A stretch of 64,000 nt of DNA from an uncultured Acidimicrobiia bacterium (GCA_963840175.1 CAWIXU010000009.1:3372-67371), one strand, 5' to 3'; shown: positions 1-12,300, counted from the first letter of the stretch. Notes: generated by a model not told the origin, from the letters alone. Made by a program: numbers and translations.

Positions 1-1119
1 GCATCGCGAGCAAGGGAGCGATGTTCTTCCGCACCCTGGCGATCCTGCCGGTGCTCGACGGGTTCGTGGCGTCACCGGGGCGGCGGGCTGGCTCGGTCGG
101 TCGGTTCCTGGTCGGACCGGCCAGGTCAACGACGAAGTTTTCGACGGTTCCGCAGCGAGACTCGTGCAGATCTCGATGAATCACCTCGGACGGTCGCTGC
201 TCGAGGATGACATCAAAGCGTTGTTCGTCTGGAACGGGAACCCGCTGGTGTCGGTGCCGAGCGCCGACCTCACCCGGCGAGGGACTGGAGCGCGAGGATC
301 TGTTCACGGTTGTCAGCGAACAGTTCCTCACCGACACGGCCCGCTACGCCGACGTCGTCTTCCCCGCCACCACCGAGCTCGAGCATGTCGATGTGATCCC
401 TTCGTGGGGTCATCTCTATCTCGGTTGGAACGAACCGGCGATCGCTCCACTCGGAGAGACGGTTCCCAACACCGAACTGTGGCGGCGGCTGGCGAAAGCC
501 ATCGGGATGACGGACCCCGAGTTTGATCTCGACGACGAGGCCCTGATCCGCTCGGCGCTCGTCGACACCGACATCGAGGAGATGCGCAGCCAAGGGTTAC
601 GTGCGGCTCAACCTGCCCGAGGTGTTGATGCCGTATGCCGAGGGCGGCTTCCGAACGGACGACGGCAAGGCGGCGCTCTATTCGGGACAGCTCGAGGCGG
701 AGGGTCATGGCGGGCTTGCCGGTCTTCCGTCCCTCGCGAGAAGGAGCGACCGAGCGAGGCCGCGTGCGCAGTTCCCGCTGATGCTGATGACACCGAAGAA
801 CCATGTCCGTTTCCTCAATTCGTCCTACTCGCACCATCACGGAGAGAAGGAGGATGGCCCCTATTTCGAGATCGACCCTGCCGATGCCTCGGACCGCGGC
901 ATCGGCGAGGGGGATCACGTCCGGGTTTGGAACGAGCGGGCGGAGTTGACATTGCGGGCCAAGCTCAGCGACCGCTTGCGACCGGGTTTGGCGCTTATCC
1001 CCTGGGGTTGGTGGATGGACGCCGCCCACGCCAACGCCCTCACCAACGACACCCTGACCGACTGGGGCGGGGGAGTCGCCTACTCCGACACTCTGGTCGA
1101 GGCGGCCAAGGCGGACTAG
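1..1119 (+). CDS. molybdopterin-dependent oxidoreductase (DMSO-reductase superfamily), C-terminal part; 5' end cut by the window, frameshifted
   Basis: Three pieces lie in three + frames (ORFs 164-526, 207-..., 601-1119): ALFVWNGNPLVSVPSADL, DLFTVVSEQFLTDTARYADVVFPATTELEHVDV, and the C-terminal FPLMLMTPKNHVRFLNSSYS...GDHVRVWNERAELTLRAKLSDRLRPGLALIPWGWW (molybdopterin dinucleotide-binding domain). Frame changes fall near 280 and 600. Confidence 0.8.
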
Positions 1120-1180
1120 TCCCGTCGTTCTGTGGACCGGTACCCGCGTACAGCACGGCTTACCAACCCTGGGTTCGCAA

Positions 1181-3924
1181 TCAGCCGGTGTTGCGCATGC
1201 CGGCGGCGATGCCGTTGACGGTCAAGAGCAGGGCACGTTGGAGGAGGTCGTCAGTTGGGATCCTTGCTTGCGGCCTCTGCTCCGAGCAGCGAGATCTGGA
1301 GATAGTTGATCGGGTCGAGATAGATGTTGCGGACCTCGAGGGTGCGGGCCAGAAGCGGATTCGAACCGAGGATCTCGCGGCCGGTCAGCTTGGTCACCTC
1401 AGTCACCGTCAATTCGTACTCCTCTTTGATGACGATCGAAGAGATGGTGGTGCTCGGGGGCGACCAGGCGGCGACATAGCGCTCGGCGATCGAAAGGTCG
1501 GTCTTGGCGAGCGTCATCTCGACGTTGGCAAGAAAAGTCTGCAGGTAGAGGAAATCGCTCGGCCATGTCGGCCAAGGTTTCGCCATGCTCGGACGGCGGC
1601 CGCGGCGAGACCGGTGCCGACCCCGTACCAGCCGGGGATGATCTGGCGGGATTGGGTCCAGCCAAACACCCAGGGAATGGCCCGCAAGTCGCTCAGACCG
1701 CCACCGCCACCCGGACGGCGCGACGGTCGGGAGCCGATGTTCATCGCCCCGAGCTCTTCGACCGGGGTCGAGCGTCAGGTAGTAGGGAATGAGATCGGGG
1801 TGTTCAACCAACGACCGATAGCGATCGTGTGCCGCGTCGGAGAAGGCCTCCATGGCCGCCGTCCACCGCTGCGAGGACGTCTGTGGGTTGCCGGGAAGTT
1901 CGATGGAGCAACGACGCTTCGAGCACCGAGGCCAGGATCAGTTCGAGGTTGCGCGCCGCGAGCCGGGGGAGTCCGTATTTGTCGGAGATGACTTCGCCTT
2001 GCTCGGTGACCTTGATGGTGCCATCGACAGTTCCATAGGGTTGGGCCAGCACCGCAGTGTGCGAAGGTCCGCCGCCGCGCCCGATCGTGCCACCTCGGCC
2101 GTGGAACAAGCGCAAATGGACGCCGTGCTTTTCGGCCGCGTTGCGCAAGAGTCGCTGCGCCTTGTAGATCTCCCACTGCGAGGTGGTGATCCCGCCTTCT
2201 TTGTTGGAGTCCGAGTAGCCGAGCATCACCTCCTGGAGGTTGCCGCGCAGCTCGACGATCCGGCGGTACGGACCGACATTCAGCAGCCGGTCGAGCAGTT
2301 CGCCGGCCTGTCTGAGCTCGGCGATGGTCTCGAACAGAGGGACGAGGCTGATGCGAGCGAGGTCCTGATCGAGATCGATGAGCCCGGCCTCGCCGCGCCA
2401 GGACCGCGGCTGCCAGAACGTCGTCGACTCCCTGGGCCATGCTGATGATGTAGGACTCGATCACCGGTCCGAAACGGTCGAGCGCTTCCCGAATCGTGAC
2501 GAATGTTCGCAACGTGATCGCCGACTCGCCTTCAAGGGTGCTCACCGGAGCCGACAAGCGGGCGCGGATTCGTCAACTCGGCGGCCAGCATCGTCTCGCG
2601 GGTATCGCGGTCGGCTGGAATAGCCGAGCCCGATGCGGGCGTAGAGCTCGGCCAACGCATTCGTGAAGACGAGCCGAGTGCTGGCGAATGTCGAGCGTGG
2701 CGAGATGGAAGCCAAAGGTCGACGACCCGCCGGCGCAAACGGGCGAGCGCCCCTTCGGCCATGAGCTCGCCGTCGTTGTCCCGCAACGACGCATCCATCA
2801 GGTCGAGGTCGTTCATCAGGCTCGGCAGGCAGCTGGTAGCCGGACCGGGCCGTCCTCCTTGCAGGATCGCCTGCCGGGTGTTGATGAGACGTTGATGAAT
2901 AAAGGCGCACTTGAACCGGTACGGCTCGTTGGCGTTGAGTTCGTGAAATCGTTGCCAAACAGGCGGAAGCTCTTGTGGTCGACTCGGAGCGATTCTTCGA
3001 GTTCGCCGCCGATCGGATTTGATCCGGGTCGAAACCGAGATCTCCTCGGCCAGCGCCTCGACTGCGGTGATCAGGTTGCGCAGGCCATGATCGTGGGCCA
3101 GCTCGAGGGTCGCCATGGTCACTTCCGGCGTCACCGCCGGGTTCCCGTCACGATCCCCACCGACCCACGTTCCGAAACGGATCACCGGGCGATCCCACTG
3201 CGAATCCTTTTTGGCGCCGAGACGTTTCGAGATTGAGCGCAATGTCCTCCCCGAGCTCGGGCAAGCACGCTCGTGAACAACTGGTCGAGATAGAAGATCA
3301 CCGACTTGACCTCGTCATCGGGACTGGGTCGGGTCGCCCGCAGCTCGTCGGTCTGCCAGATCTGGTCGATCAGCTCGGCGACGCGGCGATCGATCCTGCG
3401 CGCGAGCGAGCTCGGTGGTGTTCGGTTCTAGTCGTTCGGCCAGAGAAGTCGGCGATCTCGCGAAGCTTGGTGAGGATCGACCGGCGAGCGGCCTCGGTGG
3501 GGTGCGCGGTGAACACCGGGCGAACCTCGAGACGGTCGAGCACATCGACTCGATCTCGCTGGGGTCGAGGTTGGCCTCGAGGATGCGATCGACGGTCGAG
3601 CCCAGGATCCGTTCGCTGCTCGGCCAGTTCCTCCACTCGATGGGTCTGTTCGGCGACGTTGGCCAGATAGAAGTAGGCGGAGAAGGCCCGGACGGCTTCG
3701 ATGGTCGTGTCGACGTCGAGCCGATCGAGAAGCACGGTGAGACGATCGTCGGCGGTGTCGTCGCCCGCCATACGGTTGGCCTTCGTCAGGGCTCGAATTT
3801 CTTCGATCAGCTCGAGCAGGTCGCAGCCGTGCTGGCGAGTCAGCGCCTGCCCGAGTTCGTTGCCGAGACGGCGGATGTCGCTACGCAGCGCGTCGTCGCG
3901 ATCTTGCGGGCCGGAGCTCGACAT
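1181..3924 (-). CDS. ppc: phosphoenolpyruvate carboxylase (multiple frame changes)
   Basis: N-terminus [25 protein letters not shown]...[15 protein letters not shown] (ORF 3370-3924). [13 protein letters not shown] (2532-3242). [12 protein letters not shown]...[14 protein letters not shown] (1804-2229). The canonical C-terminus ...[14 protein letters not shown]-stop was read by hand from the complement of 1181-1250. Total length is about 914 codons. Confidence 0.9.
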
Positions 3925-3956
3925 TGTCGAAGGGTAGGTACCCTCGTCCTCCGACC

Positions 3957-5358
3957 ATGTTCGAGGCGATTTCCGAGCGATTTGAAGGCATCTTCAACCG
4001 GCTGCGGGGCAAGGGCGCCTTTCGGAAGCCGACGTCGATGCTGCGCTCCGGGAGGTTCGACTGGCGCTGCTCGAGGCCGATGTCAATGTCGGCGTTGTCC
4101 GCGACTTTCTCGAGCGGGTGCGGGCCCGCGCTGTCGGGTCGGAGGTCCATCAGAGCCTGACTCCGGGCCAGCAGGTCGTGAAGATCGTCCATGAGGAGCT
4201 GATCGCCACTCTCGGACAGGCCAACGCTCCGCTGAAGTCGGCCGCGCCTCCGCTCGATGATCCTCGTCGTCGGACTGCAAGGGCTCGGGCAAGACCACGA
4301 CCGCCGCCAAGCTCGCCAACCATCTCAAGACGAACGGCCGCCGGCCGCTCTTGGTCGCGGCCGACCTGCAGCGTCCGGCGGCGATCGAGCAACTGCAGAC
4401 CCTCGGCGAACGAGTCGAGGTGCCGGTCTTCACCGAGCGCACGAGCCGTCCGCCGCGTCTGGTCCAAGGCGGCGCTGAAGGAAGCGACCCGCCTGTCGCT
4501 CGACACCGTGATCATCGACACCGCCGGTCGCCTGCAAATCGACCGCGAGCTGATGCGCGAGCTCGGCGAGATTCACAAGGAAGCGAAGCCGCACGAGACG
4601 CTGCTGGTCGTCGATGCCATGACTGGCCAGGAGGCCGTCAACGTCGCCCAGGGATTCAAGGACCAGGTCGACTTGACCGGTCTGATCCTCACCAAACTCG
4701 ATGGCGACGCCCGCGGCGGGAGCGGCAATCTCGGCCCGGTCGGTCACCGGGGTGCCGATCAAGTTCGCCGGTGTCGGGGAGGGTCATCGACGGACTCGAG
4801 CCATTCCACCCCGAACGCATGGCCGATCGCATCTTGGGGATGGGCGACGTGCTCACGCCTCATCGAAAAGGCGGAGCAGACCTTCGATCAGGTCGAGGCG
4901 GAAAAGGCCGCCGCCAAGATGCAGAAGGGTCAATTCACCCTGGAGGACTTCCTCGAGCAGTTTCAGGCGCTCAAGCGGATGGGGTCGCTCAAGGACGTGC
5001 TTGCTATGCTTCCCGGCGCCGGTTCCCTGCTCAAACAGGTCAACGTCGAAGATCGCGACCTGGCCCGGGTGGAAGGAATCATCCGCTCGATGACTCCCGA
5101 AGAGCGCCGGAACCCCAAGCTGATCAGTGGCAGCCGCAAACGCCGGATCGCGGCCGGGTCGGGGCGAACCCCGACCGACGTCAATCAGCTTCTAAAGCAA
5201 TTCGGCGATGCGCAACGAATGATGAAGATGATGGCCGGGGGCAAGGGAATGCCCAGTTTGGACGGCAAATCGCCGGAATGGGCGGGGGTCCGACCGCCGA
5301 CCGGTCTCGGCGAGGCGGGGGCAGACCAAAGGCCAAGAAGAAGAGCAAGAGAAGGTGA
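3957..5358 (+). CDS. ffh: signal recognition particle protein Ffh (frameshifted)
   Basis: [20 protein letters not shown] starts at 3957. The P-loop [18 protein letters not shown] lies near 4260-4300. Also present: [34 protein letters not shown], the M-domain [19 protein letters not shown]...[38 protein letters not shown], and a basic tail ending with TGA at 5356-5358. The gene is spread over three frames. Confidence 0.9.
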
Positions 5359-5362
5359 TTTG

Positions 5363-5657
5363 ATGGCAGTCAAGATGAGGCTGATTCGCATCGGGAAGAA
5401 GAAGCAGCCCGTCTATCGCGTCGTGGTGATCGACGGCCGTGTCCCCTCGTGACGGGCGTTATCTCGATCAGATCGGACGTTACGACCCCCGCCAGGAGCC
5501 GTCGCTGATCGAGATCGACAACGACAAGGCGGTCCAGTGGATGCAGCAACGGCGCCCAGCCCACGGACCGGGTGAGAAAGCTGCTCGAGGTCTCTGGCGC
5601 GCATGTCCAGATTCAAGGTGGCGACCGGTCAAGCCCACACGGTCGGGGAGAAACTAG
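5363..5657 (+). CDS. rpsP: 30S ribosomal protein S16 (frameshifted; 3' end uncertain)
   Basis: MAVKMRLIRIGKKKQPVYRVVVIDGR at 5363, then RDGRYLDQIGRYDPRQEPSLIEIDNDKAVQWMQQ in a second frame and GAQPTDRVRKLLEVSGA in a third. Sits directly after ffh, as in most bacteria. Confidence 0.85.
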
Positions 5658-5659
5658 CG

Positions 5660-5913
5660 ATGCCCAAGGGTGACATCGTCAAGAACGTTCTTACTTACGT
5701 CGTCGGCCAGATCGTCGACGACGCTTCGCAGGTGCAGGTGAGCATCATCGAACAGGGCCCCGACGAGGTTCGTCGCCGAGGTCCGGACCGGACCCGGCGA
5801 CATGGGCCGGGTGATCGGTCGCCGCGGCACGCACCGCCCGCTCGATCCGGACAGTCGCGCAAGCCGCGGCGGACGAAGAAGGCATCAACGCCTCGGTTGA
5901 GTTCGAAGACTGA
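5660..5913 (+). CDS. KH-domain RNA-binding protein (YlqC/UPF0109 type), frameshifted
   Basis: MPKGDIVKNVLTYVVGQIVDDASQVQVSIIEQGPDEV, then by hand ...GPGDMGRVIGRRGRTARSIRTVARAAADEEGINASVEFED-stop (TGA 5911-5913). The GxxG KH signature and the conserved position between rpsP and rimM support the call. Confidence 0.75.
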
Positions 5914-5927
5914 GCGACACAGTTCTG

Positions 5928-6424
5928 GTGGGGACGGTGATCCGCCCCCACGGTCTTCGCGGCGAGGTTTTGGTCTATCTCGCACACGCGATTCTGCCGA
6001 TCGTTTCGACGCGGTCAGGTTCTTTTCGCCGACACCGGCCAGCGAGTTCTGACCGTTGCCAGCTGCTCGGGCAGCCGAGAACGGACTCCTGGTCCGGTTC
6101 GAAGAGATCTCGGATCGAAACGCCTCCGAGGCGCTGGGCAAGATCGACTTGTTCATCGATGCGGCCGCGCGCCGCTCGCTCGGCGACGATGAGTACTGGC
6201 CCGACGAGCTGATCGGTCTCGAAGTTCGGAGTGAGACCGGCGGACCGTCCTCGGCACTGTCACCAATGTTGATGATTCGACTCCGCAAACGCGTCTTGGT
6301 TGTCGCCACTACCTCCGGCGAGCGTCTCATACCGCTCGTCAATGACCTTGTTCCCAGAAATCCAGGTCAGAGAAGGATTTCTGGTGTTGCGGAAAGTCCC
6401 CGGGCTTCTCGACGACGACCTTGA
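5928..6424 (+). CDS. rimM: 16S rRNA processing protein RimM (frameshifted; 3' end within 6424-6439)
   Basis: GTVIRPHGLRGEVLV at the N-terminus, LLVRFEEISDRNASEALGKIDLFID, DEYWPDELIGLEV, and the PRC-barrel end VLVVATTSGERLIPLVNDLVPEIQVREGFLVLRKVPGLLDD, in three frames. Confidence 0.8.
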
Positions 6425-6435
6425 GAATCAGACTG

Positions 6436-7307
6436 CTAGTACTCGATGTCGAGGACCAGGCCGCGGCGAGCCGTCCTGGGCCGAGAACTCGCCGACGAAG
6501 AGCTCAGCCGGTCCCGAACCGTCGGGCGCGATGGTGAGTTCGAACTGCGCCCCAGGTTTCGACCCAATCGGCCGCGGTGGTGAAGTCTTCGGCCACCACC
6601 GTACCGTCCTGGGTGACCTGCACGACCGTGTTCGCCTCGAAGTTGCGTGAATAGCCCGCCACGATGATCGGCACGTCGACCTCACCCGGTGCCGGGGTGA
6701 CGACGACAACGTTGTCGGCGAACGACGCAACCGCCGTCGTAGTCCGGCCCACCCGGCTCGAAGGTGACCTCGAGTTCACCCGACCCTTCGGCGTCCCGAT
6801 GCCCGCAACCGCGGGGGCAGATAGGTGAAAGTCGACGAAGAGCGTTCGATCGGCCTCGCGCACGACGTAGATGCCGGTCGACCAACCCACTCTGCACCAG
6901 TTGGTCGGTAACCGCGGTCACCTCGACGTCAATAGAAACCCGCAAGACCGCGTGTCGACCGGATGAAGTCTGCCTCGATGCGCCCGGCGCAGACGTGGCC
7001 GGGGCACCTTCGGCGCTGGTGAACGCGAGGGTGAAGCGCTCACAGTCCGGGTTGGTGTCCCAGGTGATCGCGGCGAGCTGTTCGGCGTCTGTTTCGGCGT
7101 TGACGAGGGTGCCAACCGATCCGTCTTCGGTCCCTTCGACCCCACAACCGCCCGCAGCGTGGTCGTGCGCAGTCGTGCCTCGGTGGTCGTCGCGGCGAGG
7201 TCGTGGTCGCTGCAATCGGTCGTCGACGGTGACGCAGTGGTCGTCGTCGCGCCGCTCGAGGTGCAGGCCGCGACAGGGCCACGAACAAGGAGGAGGAGGC
7301 GCTTCAT
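6436..7307 (-). CDS. secreted lipoprotein with a C-terminal beta-rich (Gmad2/Ig-like type) domain, frameshifted
   Basis: MKRLLLLVRGPVAAC (signal peptide plus lipobox Cys), then a Thr/Ser-rich linker. The C-terminal part reads ...VVVVTPAPGEVDVPIIVAGYSRNFEANTVVQVTQDGTVVAEDFTTAADW...FELTIAPDGSGPAELFVGEFSAQDGSPR-LVLDIEY-stop (complement of 6436-6438). Pieces lie in ORFs 6918-7307, 6682-7215, 6504-6890 and 6428-6730. Confidence 0.55.
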
Positions 7308-7369
7308 GCTGTGGGTGAGACGCAGGTTACCGTTAGGGGTTCCGAGCCCCCAAGGAGTAGCGGAGGCAC

Positions 7370-8539
<1,170 letters not shown>

Positions 8540-8559
8540 AACCTCGCTGACGATCCGTC

Positions 8560-9616
8560 GGATCGCCGGCGGTGCCCGCCTAATCGGGCTCGGGTGGATG
8601 CTCATGCTCGTGCTGGTGGCACTGGCGCTGCGGAGGGCCTCGAGCGGCCCGCGTGGGCTGGCTGCTGGTCGGGTTCGTCGTCCTTGTGGCTTTTGATCAC
8701 CGCGTCTTGACCAATTCCGACCGCGTGAGAGCTCGATCCGATCTGGATCACCGTCGGGGATACGGCGCTGGCCGCCTTCGCGCTGCTTGCACCCGAACTT
8801 GGCCGGTACGGACGATCTCTTCTATGGCGGTTTCCCGGGCATCGCGGTCGCGGCCGCGGCGGCGGGACGCCGCTCCGAGGCTGGGTGGTGGCGGCTGCTC
8901 TTTCGGCGGTCACGGTGGCCCGCGTTCGAGATCGCCGATCTGGGCGATGTGCTCGCACGGCTTTCGGCCCTGGTGACCTACGGGATGCTGGCGGCAATCG
9001 TGGGCTGGGCAGTTCATGTGCTTTATCGCACCGACGACGCTCGGCGCCGGGCGGAGGAGGCCGCGGGCTCGTGCGGAGGAAAGAGCCGAGATGGCTACGC
9101 ACCTGCATGACTCGGTGTTGCAAACACTGGCCCTCATGCAACGGGAGGCAGACGATCGTGGCCGGGTGATGAGTCTCGCTCGCCGACAGGAAGCCGAGTT
9201 GAGGGAGTGGCTCTATGGCGCTAGTCGCACGACGCCGAGTCAGGTCTCGCGAAAGCGCTGACGGCAGCCGCATCCGAGGTCGAAGAGTCATATGGCATCA
9301 AAGTCGAGGTCGTGAGCGTCGGCGAAGCACCTGTGACCGACAACGGGAGGGCGTTGGTCGGCGCCGGGCCGCGAGGCGATGATCAATGCGGCCAAGCACT
9401 CGGGCGCCGATCAGATCGATGTGTTTCTCGAGGTGGGCAACGACTTTGAAGCTCTTCGTCCGCGACCGCGGAGTTGGCTTCGATCGGTCTCTGGTCGGGG
9501 CCGATCGAGCCGGCATCCGTGACTCGATCGAGCGCCGGCTGACCCAGGTCGGAGGGACGGTGGCTCTGGGCCGACACTGGCGGCACCGAAGTGCGGATGG
9601 AGTGCTCCCACGATAG
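8560..9616 (+). CDS. sensor histidine kinase, HisKA_3 (NarL/LiaS-type) family, frameshifted; start approximate
   Basis: Hydrophobic N-terminal segments ([49 protein letters not shown]). H-box [20 protein letters not shown]. ATPase part [20 protein letters not shown]...VRDRGVGFD...[17 protein letters not shown]. Confidence 0.75.
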
Positions 9617-10251
9617 ATCAGGGTCTTCGTCGTCGACGACCACGACCTCTTTCGCGTCGGTATCCGCCACGGACTCGGTGACGCGATCGAGGTCGTCGGA
9701 GAGGCTTCGGAGGTCGGCCCGGCGGTGGAGCTGATCAATGAACGCGTCGCCCGACGTGGTCCTGCTCGACGTTCATCTGCCCGGCGGCGGCGGAAGGTTC
9801 GTGATCACCGGTGTCCATCAGAAGCATCCGGAGGTCGCATTCCTCGCCCTATCTGCATCGGACGCCTCCGACGACGTCGTCGGCGTGGTGCGGGCCGGGG
9901 CCGAGCGGATACGTGACCAAGGCCATCAGCCCGGAGCGAACTGACCGACGCCATCACCCGGGTTGCAGCTGGCGAACCGGTTTTCAGTCCGCGGCTGGCC
10001 GGCTTCGTGCTCGACGCCTTTTCGTCCATTCCCGTTGGGCGCGGTCGACGCCGAGCTCGACCTGCTGTCGGATCGGGAGCGAGAGGTCTTGCAACTGATC
10101 GCCCGGGGCTACACCTATCGCGAGGTCGGCGATGAGCTCTTCATCTCGATCAAGACGGTCGAGAGCCACGTGTCGTCGGTGTCTGCGAAAACTGCAACTG
10201 AGCAATCGCAACGAGCTCACCCGTTGGGCAGTCGAACGCAAGCTCATCTGA
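9617..10251 (+). CDS. response regulator, NarL/LuxR family (frameshifted; start codon not resolved)
   Basis: [20 protein letters not shown]...[15 protein letters not shown]...[30 protein letters not shown] (receiver domain). Then [39 protein letters not shown]...[17 protein letters not shown]-stop (TGA 10249-10251). Confidence 0.85.
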
Positions 10252-10322
10252 GCACTCTTTCTTTGTCGTGCACGGGCAATCCATTCGTGCGGGTTCTCCG
10301 AATAGCTTCGCTATCAGTGCCA

Positions 10323-11710
10323 ATGAAGCCTGTTCGAGTCTTTCTTGTCGTCGTCGTGCTCATGCTGGCGATGAGTTCGGCGGCGGCTCACCCGCTTGGA
10401 AATTTCACTACCAACGTGCACCTCGGGCTTGTGGTGGGCCAGGACGAGCTCTTGGTCCATTTGGTCATCGACCTGGCGGAGATTCCGACCTTTCGGGAGG
10501 AGGTCGGAGACGACTACGAAGCGACCCGATGCGCCAGACACGCAGAGGAAATAGAGCTCTCACATGACGGGGCGGCGCTGGACTTGCGCCTCACCGACAC
10601 GGCCCTCAGCTTCCCACCTGGTGAAGCGGGCTCGACACGCTTCGCCTGGAGTGCGACTACGTCGCTCCGTTGAGCTCTCTTTTCGGCGAACTTTCGATCG
10701 ACAACGAGGTCTACGAGGATCGCCTGGGCTGGGCCGAGATCGTGGTCGTCGGAGCCGACAGCGACTTGCCTGCTGAAAGCCCGTCGGGGGTTCTGACCAA
10801 CTACCCGACCGGCGAAGTTTCGGAGGTGAGAACCGGCGTCGCCCAACTGACAGGCGAGGCCGCGGTTGTCGGCTCGAGCGATTCACCAACGATCGTCGAG
10901 CGAGTTGGCAGCGGACTCAGGGAGGGACCGTGGTTTTTGGCTCTGCTGGCCGCGCTCGGACTCGGGACTGGACACGCCCTCGCGCCAGGCCACGGGAAGA
11001 CTCTGATGGCGGCCTATCTGGTTGGAAAGCGCGGGGGAGTGCCGCAGGCGGTGCTGCTCGGACTCACCGTCGCCATTGCCCACACGATCGGAGTGGGAGT
11101 GCTGGGACTGATGACCGCTGTCACGACCTCTCAGTTTCGACCCGAGTCGGTTTATCCGTGGCTCTCGGCTCTAGCGGCCGCGATCGTCACGGTGATCGGG
11201 CTGAGGATGCTGTATCGGGCGCTAAGGGACAAGAGGTCAGGGGTGAGGGATCAGGGGTCAGATCACGATCATGGGCACGAGCACAGTCATGATCACGGAC
11301 ACAGGCATGATCATGGTCATGACACGGCCACTCGCATGGTCATGAGCCGGCCCGGTTGGATGGCGGTCGCTGGCGACGCTCGGGCTAGCCGGAGGGTTCG
11401 TTCCTTCCGCCTCGGCGGTGGTCTTGCTGCTCGGTGCCATCAGCCGCGGCGAGCCGTGGTGGGGCCTGATCTTGGTGGTCGTCTTTGGGATCGGGATGGC
11501 CGCGACCCTCGTGGGGGCAGGACTGGTGGTGGTAGTGGCGACCCGCTTTGGGCTCAGACTCGACTTCGCCTCCCGTTAGCGTCTCGAGCGGTACGTGCCC
11601 TGATCGGCGGCGTCGTGGTGACATTAATCGGCTGCGGACTGCTTCTTCAGGCCGCCTCTGACAAGTACCTGAATATTCAAATAGGACTTGACAAACTGAC
11701 AGCGATGTGA
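10323..11710 (+). CDS. NicO/RcnA-like nickel/cobalt permease with N-terminal secreted domain and His-rich loop (frameshifted)
   Basis: [34 protein letters not shown] (signal peptide). An extracytoplasmic part of about 190 aa follows. Membrane core [28 protein letters not shown]...[19 protein letters not shown] carries the HAxxPGHGKT motif typical of RcnA/NicO. Loop [20 protein letters not shown]. Distal TMs read [17 protein letters not shown]...[21 protein letters not shown] in other frames. Confidence 0.7.
11261..11348 (+). repeat. low-complexity His codon repeat (CAT/CAC alternating with GAT/GGN) encoding the metal-binding loop
   Basis: gatcacgatcatgggcacgagcacagtcatgatcacggacacaggcatgatcatggtcatgac... 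translates to [21 protein letters not shown]. After one frame slip it continues HGHSHGHE. Confidence 0.7.
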
Positions 11711-11726
11711 CATCATGATGGTGTCA
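11688..11726 (+). promoter_or_regulatory. candidate promoter (perfect -35 TTGACA) overlapped by a 19-bp imperfect palindrome (candidate operator)
   Basis: TTGACA lies at 11688-11693. After a 17-nt spacer comes CATCAT at 11711-11716, a weak -10. TGACATCAT-G-ATGGTGTCA at 11708-11726 matches 8 of 9 arm positions. It sits in a stretch of about 120 nt that I hand-counted at about 42% GC, and is followed by the SD AAGGAG (11745-11750) and GTG at 11757. Confidence 0.4.
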
Positions 11727-11756
11727 AGACGAGTAGACAGGAAAAAGGAGAAAATC

Positions 11757-12297
11757 GTGATGGTCATGGATCTCAGGATGATCGAGGCAATTCGCCAACA
11801 GCGGTATTCGATCAAGAGCCACGGCGAGCGTCGCACCCCAGAGCACGTAAGCACTAGATGCAAACGACAGCCGTGTTACACAATCTGGAGTCGAGTATTC
11901 AGAACCAGCTCGCCCTGGTGACCGATCCGGCGATCGAGGCCGGCGGGCGAGCGGTTCTGAACTCACTCCATCCAGCGTTGAAAGAGGCGGCCATCGAAAT
12001 TGTCAACTCAGGCCGCTGACGAGGTTCGAGCCCAGCTCCCAAGCCACACGGTCGAGGTTGTTCTCGCCGATGGCGAACCCAGCTTCCGCATCACGTCAGA
12101 CGAGGAAAGCGCGCCGCCCAGTTGAGGGAGAGTTCGGCGCTCGTATCACTTTGCGTCTTCCCGACTCGATCAAAGACATCGTCGAGCGAGCAGCCTCAGA
12201 TTCGGGGGACTCAGTCAACGCCTGGGTTGTAAAGACCCTGGCCGGGACGTGCCTCAGGCTCCAAGTCGGGCCGACGCCGGGTATCGGAGACATTTGA
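11757..12297 (+). CDS. ribbon-helix-helix (Arc/HicB-antitoxin-like C-terminal) domain protein, frameshifted
   Basis: SD AAGGAG precedes GTG 11757/ATG 11760 (MVMDLRMIEAIRQQ). Further pieces MQTTAVLHNLESSIQNQLALVTDPAIEAGGRAVLNSLHPALKEAAIEIVNS and AADEVRAQLPSHTVEVVLADGEPSFRITSDEESAPP. C-terminal RHH-like ARITLRLPDSIKDIVERAASDSGDSVNAWVVKTLAG, with stop TGA at 12295-12297. Three to four frames are needed. The 5' third is the least certain. Confidence 0.55.
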
Positions 12298-12300
12298 CGT

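Noticed and set aside
10252-10322. A NiCo (czcD-type) riboswitch upstream of the Ni/Co permease
   Set aside because: Only about 70 nt are available. I can fold only a weak 5-bp stem (GCACG...CGTGC), and none of the conserved riboswitch sequence blocks I remember are present.
11757-12297. The RHH protein as a HicB-type antitoxin of a toxin-antitoxin pair
   Set aside because: No HicA-like or other small toxin ORF is adjacent. The downstream partner is a 250-aa DUF4097 repeat protein, and the RHH lies at the C-terminus of a longer protein.
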